Assembly: GCA_013202715.1 (NCBI GenBank)
Contig: JABMRF010000046.1
Location: 1 to 57,310 of the forward strand
Direction of reading: 5' to 3'
DNA: 57,310 nt
Source of the DNA: Candidatus Kuenenbacteria bacterium
GTDB taxonomy: Bacteria; Patescibacteriota; Patescibacteriia; UBA11705; JABHMO01
Part shown: one piece after another, positions 1 to 12,863 of the stretch
Numbering within the stretch: the stretch's first letter is position 1
Layout of the letters: the number at the start of each line of letters is the position of its first letter
Translations under genes and position numbers: made by a program
Notes under the pieces: generated by a model
The model's database searches: none
Told to the model about the DNA's origin: nothing
What the model saw: only the letters and a program-made list of their open reading frames with translations

Positions 1-393
1 GACACGTCGACGTGTCGCCTTCATGTAAATATTCAAAATCATTTAATACAATTTTATTCGCATCTCGAGAAAAATTTTCTTTTATTGATTTAATGACTTG
101 TGAAATATTAAATTTTTCTCTCGGCTCCAATAATAAATTTAAATGATCATACATTATTGAGAATGCATACAATTTAAATTGCTTTAATTCTTTGCACAAT
201 CGTAATTCCTCAATAAACAAATCGCAAAATAATTCATCTTCAAAAAATGGAAAATTTTTATATGTTTTTGATACCACATAATAAATTTTACCTGGACTAT
301 AAAATCGTTTTTGGGAATTACGGTGAATTATCATATATTAATTATCATTTAAAAGCACAAACACGTCGCCGTATCTGTGCCATTATTGATGAT

Positions 394-2480
<2,087 letters not shown>

Positions 2481-2490
<10 letters not shown>

Positions 2491-3359
2491 ATAAAGATTC
2501 CTCCCGCCACAATTAAAGCAATGGCAACTGTTTTCTTCAACAAAACTGCTCGCGAATGTCGCTCTAATATAATTTTCGGATAAAAAAAGCTCAAAAATGT
2601 CGCTACGAAAAACACCAGCATTGGCTTCGTTGACATTAGAGCTGAAACCAAGGAGACAGATCCGATTGAAATTGCTTTTGTAAATGAAATCAGGGCAAGT
2701 CCTGACAGCAAAGCGATAAAACACAAATGAATTATGCCGGACTTGGCTTTTTCGCGGATATGCGGATGATGGAATATTAACAAAATTAACGGAACAAGTA
2801 AACCACCGACTCCAAACCAAAACAGCATTGGCCAAAATGAAATTTCGAGGGTAATGTATTTTATCAATATATTTCTAAATGCAAACATGCCCATAGCTAC
2901 AAAAGGTAAAATCAAAAAACCCTTGTGCGTAACTTTACTGATACTTTTTTTGTGAGAAATAATTATCGCACCAAGGACAATGGCTATAATGCCAACATAA
3001 TTCATCAAAGTCAATCGCTCCGCAAAAAGAAAAAATGAGGCCACCGCAATAATAAGAGGCTCAATTGCGAGGATCGGAACAAGTCGTGAAACCTCAATTT
3101 TTTTCATTGACAAGTAATATGTGCCAGTACCTACAGAATAAAGCAAACCACCGAGCATAGAGACCAGGATCATTGTCCATGGAATAAGCACGTGGCCGTT
3201 AATTAGACCAAATAAAATAAACAAGAGATAAATTGTCAATCCGAAAACCGTCGTCACCAGCACTGGATCACGAACTTCATGCCCAATAATATACTTGTCC
3301 ATGATATTGACAACTGTCCAGATAACAATGGCAATGATTGTAAATAATATCCAACTCAT
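2481..3359 (-). CDS. EamA/DMT family transporter
   Basis: About 10 hydrophobic helices in two repeats, with a typical DMT pattern (EVSRLVPIL...ERLT; GSVSLVSAL). Confidence 0.8.
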
Positions 3360-3408
3360 AGTAAATAAAAATTAAAAATCAAGAATTAAGAATTAAGAAT
3401 TAAGAACA

Positions 3409-4188
3409 TTACTTTTCAAGCGCTTCTTCGCTAAACAAAACATAATCAAACAGACCCAAAACAGGAGCATAGCGCGGCATTTGTGCGCTAAGGCTCTGAT
3501 TGGCGTCTCGAAAACTTCCGGTTGTTTTTATATTTAGATAATTTGGAAAAACCAATTGCTGGCCGTGCTTATTATCTAAACTGAAAAGTTTAATTTCGAG
3601 ATCATCAACATCACCATAGAGCGCTTTTACCCGAACACGGTAATTTTTATTTCCAGAAAAAGAATTAATGATTGCGCTTCCGCCATTATATAACATTTTT
3701 TGCACATTCAAATCTTCAGCTTTCATCGCTGGATCCCAGGAAAACCATTTAATTGTTGTGGCTGAATCCCAGGCGACATAAGTTACTTCCAACCACGTAC
3801 CGGTGCTTGACCAGGTCAAACCAACAGATTCAACTCCAAGCGGATCATTATTATTATCCGGATTAAATAAATCAAATTGCACGGTCTGATTTTTTGCCAA
3901 ATCAAGAGATAATTCAGAAACTGTCTGATCATCTACTTCCAGTTCACAATCAAGGGCAACATTGCAGTCACCGTCATCAGGAATCAGATCATTTTTTCGA
4001 ATACTGTAAAGCGCTTTTTCAATTCCACTCTCACCGGCATAAAAAGCGGCCTGGGCATTACTTATCGAACCGGCCTGCTTAATTGTACTCATTACAAAGT
4101 TTGAAATAACAATTGTGGTACTCAAAATCGCCGCAATGGTAAGCAAGGCGTAAATCAGAACATTTCCTTGTTGATTTTTATCTTTCAT
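3409..4188 (-). CDS. PilX-like minor pilin / pilus assembly protein
   Basis: N-terminus QQG-NVLIYALL plus hydrophobic helix, and the AQAAFYAGESGIE motif typical of PilX N-termini. Lies in a pilin cluster. Confidence 0.7.
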   Translation of the reverse strand: MKDKNQQGNVLIYALLTIAAILSTTIVISNFVMSTIKQAGSISNAQAAFYAGESGIEKALYSIRKNDLIPDDGDCNVALDCELEVDDQTVSELSLDLAKNQTVQFDLFNPDNNNDPLGVESVGLTWSSTGTWLEVTYVAWDSATTIKWFSWDPAMKAEDLNVQKMLYNGGSAIINSFSGNKNYRVRVKALYGDVDDLEIKLFSLDNKHGQQLVFPNYLNIKTTGSFRDANQSLSAQMPRYAPVLGLFDYVLFSEEALEK

Positions 4189-4750
4189 AATATCGAGAAC
4201 TTACCGTTGTTTGTAAATTGATAGTTTTCACATCTTCCTCATGCAAAGCTAGAGTTTTCCCTTGAACAACAATTATTACCTGGGGTTGATTATCGCTTTT
4301 ATATTCACCTTGCAGTTCGTCAAACTGATACGGGCTTTCTTTAGGTAAAATGTAAAAATCCAGTTTTTCTATTTCAATATTATTTGATGAAAGAACAAAA
4401 GCATCATCATTACCAACTTTTTGTAAAATACAGCTCAAAACTTCAGGCGCACAACCTTCATCGTATTTATAAATTAAGACCGTCTCATCATTTTCATTAA
4501 TTAAAGCTAACTTGTCTATTGGATGAGTAATCTGATCATTATAATAATCATAATCAATTTTATTCATTCGGGTCTGCTGAACAATTTGTTCAACATTATA
4601 TTGCAAATCATTCATCGCCCGCTGACCGGTCAAAATTTTTCTCTGAGTCAACGAAACTGACAAGAAAATATCGCTAACCACAAGCATCAGCGTTAAAAAT
4701 AACGCCATAACAACGAGCATTTCGATTAAAGAAAATCCGCGCTGATTCAT
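4178..4750 (-). CDS. Type IV prepilin-like protein (PilW/PulJ-like)
   Basis: Class III signal peptide QRG|FSLIEMLVVM. Confidence 0.85.
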   Translation of the reverse strand: MNQRGFSLIEMLVVMALFLTLMLVVSDIFLSVSLTQRKILTGQRAMNDLQYNVEQIVQQTRMNKIDYDYYNDQITHPIDKLALINENDETVLIYKYDEGCAPEVLSCILQKVGNDDAFVLSSNNIEIEKLDFYILPKESPYQFDELQGEYKSDNQPQVIIVVQGKTLALHEEDVKTINLQTTVSSRYYER

Positions 4751-4786
4751 AAAACAGAGTTAATTAAGTTAACTAAGTTAATTGAG

Positions 4787-5407
4787 TTATCGCCAATTAT
4801 AAAGCCGGTCACTTAAAACTACATTACGCCAATTATTTCCCTGCTTCCAAGTAACATGAGAAACGACGTTCAAACCAATCTCTTCTACACATTTTTGACC
4901 GGAAATGCATATTCCATCTCCCCCGCAGGCACTTTCGTCTTTGCAAATACGCTGAATTTCAATTTGTCGGTAAAATCCAGTGGGCTCGCTGTTCACAGTC
5001 TTTTTTACATACATTCCATTATCTTTTAAATATAGAAGACAAACTTTATTCTGGACACACTCCTCAAAAGAATAATTATGAAAATGCAAAGTCCATCTTT
5101 TCAAACTATCACTATATGACACAGTTGCTTTGTAATTTAGACCGCTGGCCAATCCGGTATTCCAATATTTACAACTGCTCTTAGCCGGATCAAAACATCC
5201 CTGGAGCCAATTTGAATCACGAACATTTCGAACTACTTCAATGCCTTCCCGTGCTAAATTTAGAGCAACCGTTCTATTAAAAGATTCTTTGGCAGCCGCA
5301 AAATTATAAGAAGATTGAGACAAAAAACCAATCAAAGCAACGCCAATGATTGCGATGGCCACAATGGCTTCGATCAATGTTTGTCCTTGTTGATTCTTAT
5401 TATTCAT
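4787..5407 (-). CDS. Type IV prepilin-like protein (PilV-like)
   Basis: QQG|QTLIEAIVAIAIIG class III signal, A..LAREGIEVVRN.RDSNW motif, Cys pairs. Confidence 0.8.
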   Translation of the reverse strand: MNNKNQQGQTLIEAIVAIAIIGVALIGFLSQSSYNFAAAKESFNRTVALNLAREGIEVVRNVRDSNWLQGCFDPAKSSCKYWNTGLASGLNYKATVSYSDSLKRWTLHFHNYSFEECVQNKVCLLYLKDNGMYVKKTVNSEPTGFYRQIEIQRICKDESACGGDGICISGQKCVEEIGLNVVSHVTWKQGNNWRNVVLSDRLYNWR

Positions 5408-5410
5408 AAA

Positions 5411-5938
5411 CTATTCACCAAGAAAATGCATTTTAGCGATACCGCTGGATAAATCAATCTCAACCCGAGACTGTTCTGAACTTTTATCTGAAACCAAATA
5501 AAAACTATAAGTGCCAGCGATGCCACAGCCCAATATCGGCCGGCAAACATTATTGATATTTTTCTCCGTTTCAAAACAAATGCCACTACCAATAGCTGGT
5601 ACTGATCCGAAATATATTCTTTCTGACAATTCTATAGTTTCAAGTACAGTTTCACTGGCGGCATGGAGGCAATCACCATTTTCGTCAGCATAAATTATAA
5701 ACTGACGAAGATTTGTTGACTCCACGGCCAAGCCAAAAGCTTTTGGAACCTGATCATTCACTTTTTGATTTGAATATGCCTTTACTTTTACTTCAGATAA
5801 TTTTGTTACCAGCAGTTGAGAATCATTTTTTATTTTCTTTTCTTCGCTTAAATTTATGAAAACCAAAATCCCCATTGTGGTTATAGTGGACATAATTGCA
5901 ATGGAAACGATTAACTCGATTAGAGAAAAACCTTTCAT
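5411..5938 (-). CDS. Type IV prepilin-like protein (FimT/PulH-like)
   Basis: MKG|FSLIELIV class III signal when started at ATG 5938. Confidence 0.8.
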   Translation of the reverse strand: MKGFSLIELIVSIAIMSTITTMGILVFINLSEEKKIKNDSQLLVTKLSEVKVKAYSNQKVNDQVPKAFGLAVESTNLRQFIIYADENGDCLHAASETVLETIELSERIYFGSVPAIGSGICFETEKNINNVCRPILGCGIAGTYSFYLVSDKSSEQSRVEIDLSSGIAKMHFLGE

Positions 5939-5993
5939 ATATTTAAATGACAAATGCCAAATTAGAAATGACAATATAATGACCAATGATTAA

Positions 5994-6779
5994 TTATAAA
6001 AGTAAACTTAAATACCAATCCAGAATTTGATTGCCCCAGATCAAGACAATAAATGTCGCGGCAGTTAAGAATACGCCAAACGGAACTTGGCTTTTCATTT
6101 TTTTAACTTTTGTTGCGAGTAATATTAAACTGATGATTGCGCCACCGATGTAGGCCATGAGTAAAGCCACTAACACATTTGGCCAGCCAAGTATAAATCC
6201 CATGGCCATACCAAGGCGAATATCGCCACCGCCGACCCATTTTCCTTTTGAAAAATAGTACTGAATCCAAAAAAATCCTGCGCCGATAATTCCGGCAATA
6301 ATTAAATTAATAGCAATTTCCAGATAATTTGTTGAATTGCTTAAAAGGAAAAAGTTAATAATAAAAGCAAAAACAGCCAGAGGAAGTGATACAGCATCCA
6401 ATATTAAATAAAAACGCAAATCAGTTGTAAAAATCACAACTAAACCAACGACAAATATCAAATCACGATAAAAAAACGGATTGGCCAGATTTCCAGCCAG
6501 ATTATAATGCCAGGCCAGAAAAACAAACAGAGCCGCAGTTGCAAATTCTACCAAAGGATACTGCCAAGAAATTTTCTTTTTACATTGCCGGCATTTTCCT
6601 TTTAAAATTAAAAAACTAAGGAGCGGGATCAAGTCCTGCGCTTTTAGATTTTCTTTGCAATGAGGGCAGTTTGACCTTGATTTTACAATCGACTCTTTTT
6701 CCGGTAAACGACAAATTACCACGTTCAAAAAACTGCCGATACAGAGGCCTATTACAAAGATCGGGATAAGGATTAGCAT
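5994..6779 (-). CDS. pilD: Prepilin peptidase
   Basis: GSFLNVVI.R, CxxC...CxxC zinc motif, TD and GGGD aspartic peptidase motifs, PFG.FL C-terminus. Confidence 0.93.
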   Translation of the reverse strand: MLILIPIFVIGLCIGSFLNVVICRLPEKESIVKSRSNCPHCKENLKAQDLIPLLSFLILKGKCRQCKKKISWQYPLVEFATAALFVFLAWHYNLAGNLANPFFYRDLIFVVGLVVIFTTDLRFYLILDAVSLPLAVFAFIINFFLLSNSTNYLEIAINLIIAGIIGAGFFWIQYYFSKGKWVGGGDIRLGMAMGFILGWPNVLVALLMAYIGGAIISLILLATKVKKMKSQVPFGVFLTAATFIVLIWGNQILDWYLSLLL

Positions 6780-6915
6780 AAAGGGACTTTAAATGAAAAA
6801 TATAAAATGCAAAATCACAATCAAAATTCAAAATAAAAAAACAATAACTAACACGACTCAAATTATTTTTAAATTACGATTTAAGTATATGGTTTTACAC
6901 TTTTCATTTTACATT

Positions 6916-7908
6916 CTAAATCTTCTCCGCCATCTCAACCAACCGGTGACTGTACGCCCACTCGTTGTCGTACCAGGCAATAATTTTGACCAAGTTCCCG
7001 TCAACAACCTTTGTAAACTTCAAATCAACAATTGCAGAAGCGGTTGTGCCTATTATATCTGAAGAAACCAATTCGTCTTCGGTCACTTCCAAAACACCTT
7101 TGAAATGAGCCATCTTTGAATATTTTTTGAAAGCAGAATTAACCTGCGCTTCAGTAACATTTTCTTTTAGTAGCGCTACAACATCGATCAAAGATCCAGT
7201 TATCATTGGCACCCGAATCGACATGCCGTCGAATTTCCCCTGCAAACTTGGAATTACTTTTCCAGTAGCAATCGCGGCGCCGGTAGTTGTTGGAATTATA
7301 TTGCCGAGGATTGAACGCCCACGTCGCCAATCTTTTTCATCTGCCAAGTCAACTGTCCTCTGACTGGAAGTTACAGCGTGAACTGTGGATAACATTGCTT
7401 TTTCAACTCCAAACGCGCTGTCCAAAACTGCCATGATAGGTGAAACACAATTTGTAGTGCAAGAAGCATTTGCCACTGCATTTAATTTCTTAGTGTCTTT
7501 GTCATTCACTCCGCGAACAACGGTGGCAATTCCCTCATCTTTTATTGGCGCAGATAAAATTACATTTTTCGCGCCGGCCTTCAAATGTTTTTTGACGTCT
7601 GCAGTTTTTCGAAAAGCGCCGGTGCATTCTAGAGCAACATCCACCTGATGTTTTTTCCATGGCAATTTAGCGGGATCGGCAATAGAAAAAAAGGGAAACT
7701 GTTTTCCGCCAACCACTAAATTCTTACCGCTAACTTTTACTGACTTATCAAATCTACCGTGAGCTGTATCGTACTGGAGCAGATAAGCTAAATTTTCAAT
7801 ATCCCCCAAATCGTTAATCGCCACAACTTTTAGATTTTTCTTTGTTAAGGCAATTTTAAACGTAGCTCGACCGACCCGGCCAAAGCCATTAATAGCAACT
7901 TTAATCAT
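6916..7908 (-). CDS. gap: Type I glyceraldehyde-3-phosphate dehydrogenase
   Basis: INGFGR.GR, ASCTTNC, WYDNEW. Start at ATG 7908 (MIKVAING). Confidence 0.97.
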   Translation of the reverse strand: MIKVAINGFGRVGRATFKIALTKKNLKVVAINDLGDIENLAYLLQYDTAHGRFDKSVKVSGKNLVVGGKQFPFFSIADPAKLPWKKHQVDVALECTGAFRKTADVKKHLKAGAKNVILSAPIKDEGIATVVRGVNDKDTKKLNAVANASCTTNCVSPIMAVLDSAFGVEKAMLSTVHAVTSSQRTVDLADEKDWRRGRSILGNIIPTTTGAAIATGKVIPSLQGKFDGMSIRVPMITGSLIDVVALLKENVTEAQVNSAFKKYSKMAHFKGVLEVTEDELVSSDIIGTTASAIVDLKFTKVVDGNLVKIIAWYDNEWAYSHRLVEMAEKI

Positions 7909-7973
7909 AAATTTACTCAATTTAATTGTTATTTACTCTATTAGTATAGCAAAATTTATAAATTTTTGCTAAT

Positions 7974-8000
7974 AAAAAACAGCCCCGCAATGCGGGGCTG
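7974..8000 (-). terminator. Intrinsic terminator
   Basis: CAGCCCCGCA-t-TGCGGGGCTG stem followed by T6 on the minus strand, just after the 8018 stop. Confidence 0.75.
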
Positions 8001-8017
8001 TCTTTATATAAAAATAT

Positions 8018-8812
8018 TTATTCAATAACTTCAAACTTGTCAAGAATTTCTCTGATTAAATCATCTGAAATTTTATCCTCACCAGTCTGGACCTGATTGA
8101 ACCTCAATTCTAGATAATTTTCCCCAGCGGGGACCATTACAACCTGGTAAGTACCTTCAGCTTCGCCAATAGTATAAGTAATTCCAATCACACCATTGAC
8201 TTGAAGTAATTTACCCGCATAATCTTCTTTGTAATTATCCGTTTTAACTTGTGCAATTACAAAGTCGCCAATATCGGCATCACCCTGTTCTCGAATAGTT
8301 CGATCTGTATAAAAATGAACTTCTGGTGTTTTTTCAAATGGTTTATCTAATAGTGGCCAGGAATTTGGAAAATAAGCTCGAAAACCATATTTTTCAAATG
8401 AAAGCCATTCAACTTCCTCTTCCTCCACCACGCCACAACATCCCTCAGCTTCGTATTCAGCAATTTCTTCAAGTTCTAATAACTCATCTTCTTCAAGGTC
8501 AGCCGCTGTATCAACACTCGCTACTGGCGCTGGAAAAAAGTCAGAAAAGGCATGTTGGAAAATAACTCGAGTCGCTCTTGTTTCCATATACATGGCACTG
8601 AATAAAATTCCAAAGGCCACAAACACGCACAGTATCAGTGCGGTCATCATGATTGATAACCCCTTGAAGTAATTTAATTCCTGTCGCAGCAAATGGATCC
8701 TAACCAAGTCTACCGATATTTTTTCTCTGTTAATTTTCAATTTTTTTACTTTTGGCTTTTTGATTTTTTGTTTTAATGTTTTTTTGTTTTCTTGTCGTTT
8801 TGTTTTTGGCAT
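8018..8812 (-). CDS. Hypothetical single-pass membrane protein
   Basis: Lys-rich N-terminus, one TM helix, acidic linker, small alpha/beta C-terminal domain. No recognisable motif. Confidence 0.65.
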   Translation of the reverse strand: MPKTKRQENKKTLKQKIKKPKVKKLKINREKISVDLVRIHLLRQELNYFKGLSIMMTALILCVFVAFGILFSAMYMETRATRVIFQHAFSDFFPAPVASVDTAADLEEDELLELEEIAEYEAEGCCGVVEEEEVEWLSFEKYGFRAYFPNSWPLLDKPFEKTPEVHFYTDRTIREQGDADIGDFVIAQVKTDNYKEDYAGKLLQVNGVIGITYTIGEAEGTYQVVMVPAGENYLELRFNQVQTGEDKISDDLIREILDKFEVIE

Positions 8813-8882
8813 ATTTATTTTTATAGTTACTTTCGACTTTCGACTTTTAACTTTTGACTTATATTATTATACCACATTTTTG

Positions 8883-9620
8883 TCAATCAAGGAAAACCAA
8901 ACTCTGGATAAAGTATTCCAGGTCCTTGTTGCTCTCATCCGTAGGGTTGATCTGAATAAAAAAATCTTCGCGTGGAAACACAATTGTTAAATTATTTGTT
9001 TCCGGATTTTCCGCATCCGCTGGAAGATAATAGCGATATGAAATATATTTTTGTTTTAAAATGTTTTCTTTTATAAAACAGTTCCTGACTTGGCCAATAT
9101 CTAATTTTTCCAATTCGTTAAATAATTTTACCGAACATTCACCCAAATCAGACTCTTCTAATACATTTTCAACCTCTTCACTGGAATATAATTTTTCGTT
9201 TTTTGAAACATGATATGAGGCAACAATTAGCTGAGGAGTAGAAATCTGCTTTTCCTTTACAAATTTACCTGTGAAAAATTTTTCATCTTTTTCTGAATCA
9301 GCAAAGCTTACCAACTCGAGGAGAAAACTTCCCCACTGTTTTGGATTTTTGAACTGAAAATTAAAATTATTATTCTGATGTATTTTCCAATTTTTGGTTG
9401 TTGCAGAAAAATCCGTATTATTTTCATCTTTAGTCTCTTTGGTTGTGTTAGCTAAGGTCTTACTATTAACTTTAATTTGCTCGTGTAAATTAAAAACGCC
9501 CTGTTCAACTGATTTCAAATCTTCATAAATATAAACCGCGAAAATTAACAAAAAAACAAAAATTGACACAATAACAATTGCCAAAACTCCTGTTAAGTTG
9601 AATTTTATCTTTTTTGCCAT
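8883..9620 (-). CDS. Hypothetical N-terminally anchored membrane protein
   Basis: Long ORF with one N-terminal TM helix and a W..Y.N..FNFQFK.PKQW-type segment often seen in CPR surface proteins. Confidence 0.65.
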   Translation of the reverse strand: MAKKIKFNLTGVLAIVIVSIFVFLLIFAVYIYEDLKSVEQGVFNLHEQIKVNSKTLANTTKETKDENNTDFSATTKNWKIHQNNNFNFQFKNPKQWGSFLLELVSFADSEKDEKFFTGKFVKEKQISTPQLIVASYHVSKNEKLYSSEEVENVLEESDLGECSVKLFNELEKLDIGQVRNCFIKENILKQKYISYRYYLPADAENPETNNLTIVFPREDFFIQINPTDESNKDLEYFIQSLVFLD

Positions 9621-9660
9621 ATTTGTTTAACTGTTCACGATCGTGGTAATTCCAATATTG

Positions 9661-9737
9661 TCGTGTTGCTGTATTGTTGTATTGCTGTATTGTTATATTG
9701 TTTAAACAGTGTAACAGTATAACAGTTTAACAGTTTC
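9661..9737. repeat. Inverted 8-mer array pair
   Basis: TGTATTGT units facing TAACAGT(A/T) units. 9686-9710 is the exact reverse complement of 19389-19413 (25 nt). Confidence 0.8.
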
Positions 9738-9738
9738 A

Positions 9739-10869
9739 TCACAGTAATTTCCTACTAATATTCACAAGAGCTCTAAGCTGGTCAAACATTTGCGTAGTTA
9801 GTTCTTTTATTTTTTGTTCGCGCAGTGACACTTTTCGCAGACCGGAAAAATTGAACTGCCTATCAGCATCACCACTTCTTAATTTTTTTATTAACACAAA
9901 ATAATCTTTTATCAAAAAACCTGCTAGCGTTTTTATTTTATCAAATCCGAATCGATCACAAAACTCAAAAATCCGTTCACCATAAACAGAAGCGCCGAGA
10001 ACTGAAACTTCTCTATCGACCAATAATTCTTCAGCTTCTTTTAATCTTTCTGATTTGGGTTTAGCTGTTTCGTCTTTTTCATCGAAACTCAATTCAGCTT
10101 TCAAGTTTTTCATTAAACCAAGTCCCAATTCACCAAGGGCAGGCATGTTTTCTTTAACAAGATCTTTTTTTAATTCATATTCTTGTTCTAATTTTTCCTG
10201 CCACTTTTTTACTTCCAGATTAAAACGCTCATCGTCAAAATCGCCATAGTCCTGAGCATCTTCCAAATGGCTAATAGCCACAGACTCTCGCCTGATCATC
10301 CGCCGTTGGGCTTGATAAACGCCAATAGTCAAAACCGCTAAAGAATCAAATCCAAAATCACGACCCAATTTTTCCTCAGAAAAATCTGCAGACATTAGCT
10401 GTAATCTCTCCAAAACAAAGCCGGCCCAATTGGAACGAAGTCGATTTCTTTTTCCAACCTCCAATTTCTGGCTAACATCAACATCCAATTTTGATTCTTT
10501 TTCTAAACGAACCAATTCTAACATTAATTCACTTTTTTCTTGCGCAAGTTCCAAAACTTCTGCAATCGGAATTTCCTCATCCAACGCTCGTCTTTGTTTT
10601 TCCGCAGCAGCTATTATTCCTAATCGCTCTTTAATTTCAACTTTACGGGTAACTAAATTTGGATTTTGAAACTGATAAAGATCTTTGTTCTTATGCAAAA
10701 AATCACCCTCTTTTATTGGGTAATTTTCTAAACTTAAAAAGGATTCCAGCTCAACTGTATGTAGTTTGATCTCCCGCAAAGAAACCTGTTCATCCTTTAT
10801 TTCCGCTTCCCTTGATTCCGGCTCTATTACGGGCTCTTGGTTAGGTTTGGTTAAAATATCTTGAGCCAT
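9739..10869 (-). CDS. Hypothetical helical/coiled-coil protein
   Basis: 376-aa ORF rich in E/K/L, co-directional with neighbours. No motif recognised. Confidence 0.6.
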   Translation of the reverse strand: MAQDILTKPNQEPVIEPESREAEIKDEQVSLREIKLHTVELESFLSLENYPIKEGDFLHKNKDLYQFQNPNLVTRKVEIKERLGIIAAAEKQRRALDEEIPIAEVLELAQEKSELMLELVRLEKESKLDVDVSQKLEVGKRNRLRSNWAGFVLERLQLMSADFSEEKLGRDFGFDSLAVLTIGVYQAQRRMIRRESVAISHLEDAQDYGDFDDERFNLEVKKWQEKLEQEYELKKDLVKENMPALGELGLGLMKNLKAELSFDEKDETAKPKSERLKEAEELLVDREVSVLGASVYGERIFEFCDRFGFDKIKTLAGFLIKDYFVLIKKLRSGDADRQFNFSGLRKVSLREQKIKELTTQMFDQLRALVNISRKLL

Positions 10870-12014
10870 AGGTCAATGAAGAATTGTTTAAACTTCATCA
10901 CGTCACGTCCGGTAACTACCAAGATCAATAACATTAACAAAATAAAACCAACGCCGTGAGTAATCTGTTCAAATTTTTGATTGGCTGCCTTTCCTCTGAT
11001 CTTTTCGACAATTAAAAATAAAACACGACCACCGTCCAATGCAGGAATCGGTAGAAAATTAATAATTGCTAAATTCAAAGATAACAAGGCGGTAAACTGA
11101 AGAATATAAATAAATCCCATGCGCGCCACCTGCCCGGTCATAACAGCAATACCGACAGGGCCGGCAATCTCCACGCCGAGCGGATCACCGACAAAGGCAT
11201 TTTTTATTATGGTAGCAAAGGCAACGACAATCTGGATTGCCATTATCACGGTCGCTTTGATTCCGAGCCAAATCGATTGATACCACGGATAGCGAACAAT
11301 TCCCGTATCGGCCAGACCAACACCCATTCCGAGCTTTTCAGTTTCAGCTAAAATAATCGGTACAATTTGAAACTCTTTTTCTTCATTTATCCGTCTGATT
11401 TTTACATTCACGTTTTGGTCAGTTTGTTCATAAATATAGGCCTGGACCTGGTCAACATTTTCAAATGGCTGGTCATTGAGAGTAAGCAAAACATCGCCCA
11501 TTTCAATCCCCGCTTGCCCGGCCGGAGAATCTTTGATCACGGAAACAATTTGAATTTTTTGATCTTCCACTACTGCGTTTGGATCCAATCCGTCAACGAC
11601 TTGCGGTGCACCAATCATAAAGGCGATCATTAGACACAACATGCACAAAAGTACATTCATGGTCACGCCAGCGCTCAAAATGATCACTCGTTTCCATAAT
11701 TTCTGAAAACCAAAACTGTCCGATTCTTTTGCATTTTCTCCATCTTCACCTTTTATCTTTACAAAACCTCCAAGAGGGATCCAGTTTACTGAATAAATAG
11801 TATCCTCTGATTCAATTTCGCTTGTCTCTTTATTTCCCCAGAAAAACTTTCTCTTGCCATTAACTTTTCGCCAACCACAAATTCGAGGTGGGAAACCAAA
11901 GCCGAACTCATGACACTTTACGCCAAATTTTCTGGCTGTCCAAAAATGACCAAGTTCGTGAACAAAAACCATTATACCGAGGATGATTATGAAGATTACA
12001 ATTGTAGTTAACAT
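10851..12014 (-). CDS. rseP: RIP metalloprotease RseP (M50 family, PDZ)
   Basis: HELGH, PDZ domain (SPAGQAGI..GD), NFLPIPALDGG. Start trimmed to ATG 12014 (MLTTIV). Confidence 0.95.
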   Translation of the reverse strand: MLTTIVIFIIILGIMVFVHELGHFWTARKFGVKCHEFGFGFPPRICGWRKVNGKRKFFWGNKETSEIESEDTIYSVNWIPLGGFVKIKGEDGENAKESDSFGFQKLWKRVIILSAGVTMNVLLCMLCLMIAFMIGAPQVVDGLDPNAVVEDQKIQIVSVIKDSPAGQAGIEMGDVLLTLNDQPFENVDQVQAYIYEQTDQNVNVKIRRINEEKEFQIVPIILAETEKLGMGVGLADTGIVRYPWYQSIWLGIKATVIMAIQIVVAFATIIKNAFVGDPLGVEIAGPVGIAVMTGQVARMGFIYILQFTALLSLNLAIINFLPIPALDGGRVLFLIVEKIRGKAANQKFEQITHGVGFILLMLLILVVTGRDVMKFKQFFIDLWLKIF

Positions 12015-12063
12015 AGATGTTGTGTGAAATTTTTTATTTGTGAAATAAACACGTGAGCGTGTT

Positions 12064-12162
12064 AGCAAGACCAGCGAGACGAGTAAAACAAGCAAGACAA
12101 GACCCCTTTAACCTCCGTTGGCTAGTCTCGCTAGTCTCGCTTGTCTAGCTAGTCTCGCTTGT
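12064..12162. repeat. Inverted 9-mer array pair
   Basis: (A)GCAAGAC/GCGAGAC units facing GCTAGTCTC units; the same unit occurs inside murI (13874-13913). Confidence 0.8.
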
Positions 12163-12858
12163 TCCCAGTTCATTAAATTTACTGCGGATGACTTCTGCAG
12201 CTTTTGTTTTTGGTTTGCCGGTTTGATGATCAAAATCGTTTGAGCTAAGTCGGACGTAATACATTTCTGCATCAGGATCAGAGGCATCCGTTGTGAATCT
12301 ATTTTTATGTTTTTCATCAGTAAAATTAAGAGCTCCAACCAATAATTTTTTTCCGTTAAGCTCAAAACTAACTAACGAAAATTCTGAATCAAGCTCATCA
12401 GATCCTTCAACAACTTTTCCATGCCCAACCGCCATTGTTTCCGGGACAGTTAAATTAAAATCTGAACTTGTAAATTTTGCGTCAGGATTGACTTTTTTAA
12501 AAATTTGCAACAGAGCTGTTTGTCTGGCGATATTGGTCTGAATTTCTTCAAAATGCATCACACTAATCTCCCTTGAAATTCTGTCCATTTGTTTTTCCAG
12601 CCCTGCCCAAAATCGTTCAATTTTGGTTGAATTATCTTGATTTGCCAGTAAAAAATTAACTGCACTATCATACCATTCACTGCATTCCTCCAGTGCCTGC
12701 GCAACTTTGTCCGGCTGTTTAATATTTTTTTTCGAACGCAAAGTTTCCAACATCCCAAAACTACCAACAAACCCGCGCAAATTGCTAAAGCACTCGCGTT
12801 CATAATCAACTTCAGAATGTTCTGAAACTGGAAAAATTTCTGTTGTGTTTTCACTCAT
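12145..12858 (-). CDS. Hypothetical protein
   Basis: 237-aa ORF with no motif. The last codons (TSETS*) are encoded by a 9-mer repeat array. Confidence 0.6.
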   Translation of the reverse strand: MSENTTEIFPVSEHSEVDYERECFSNLRGFVGSFGMLETLRSKKNIKQPDKVAQALEECSEWYDSAVNFLLANQDNSTKIERFWAGLEKQMDRISREISVMHFEEIQTNIARQTALLQIFKKVNPDAKFTSSDFNLTVPETMAVGHGKVVEGSDELDSEFSLVSFELNGKKLLVGALNFTDEKHKNRFTTDASDPDAEMYYVRLSSNDFDHQTGKPKTKAAEVIRSKFNELGTSETS

Positions 12859-12863
12859 AGATT

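Noticed and set aside
12108-12365. 85-aa ORF ending in ARLARQARLARLA
   Set aside because: It is an alternative frame of the 12145-12858 gene running into the 9-mer array; the peptide repeat is a by-product.
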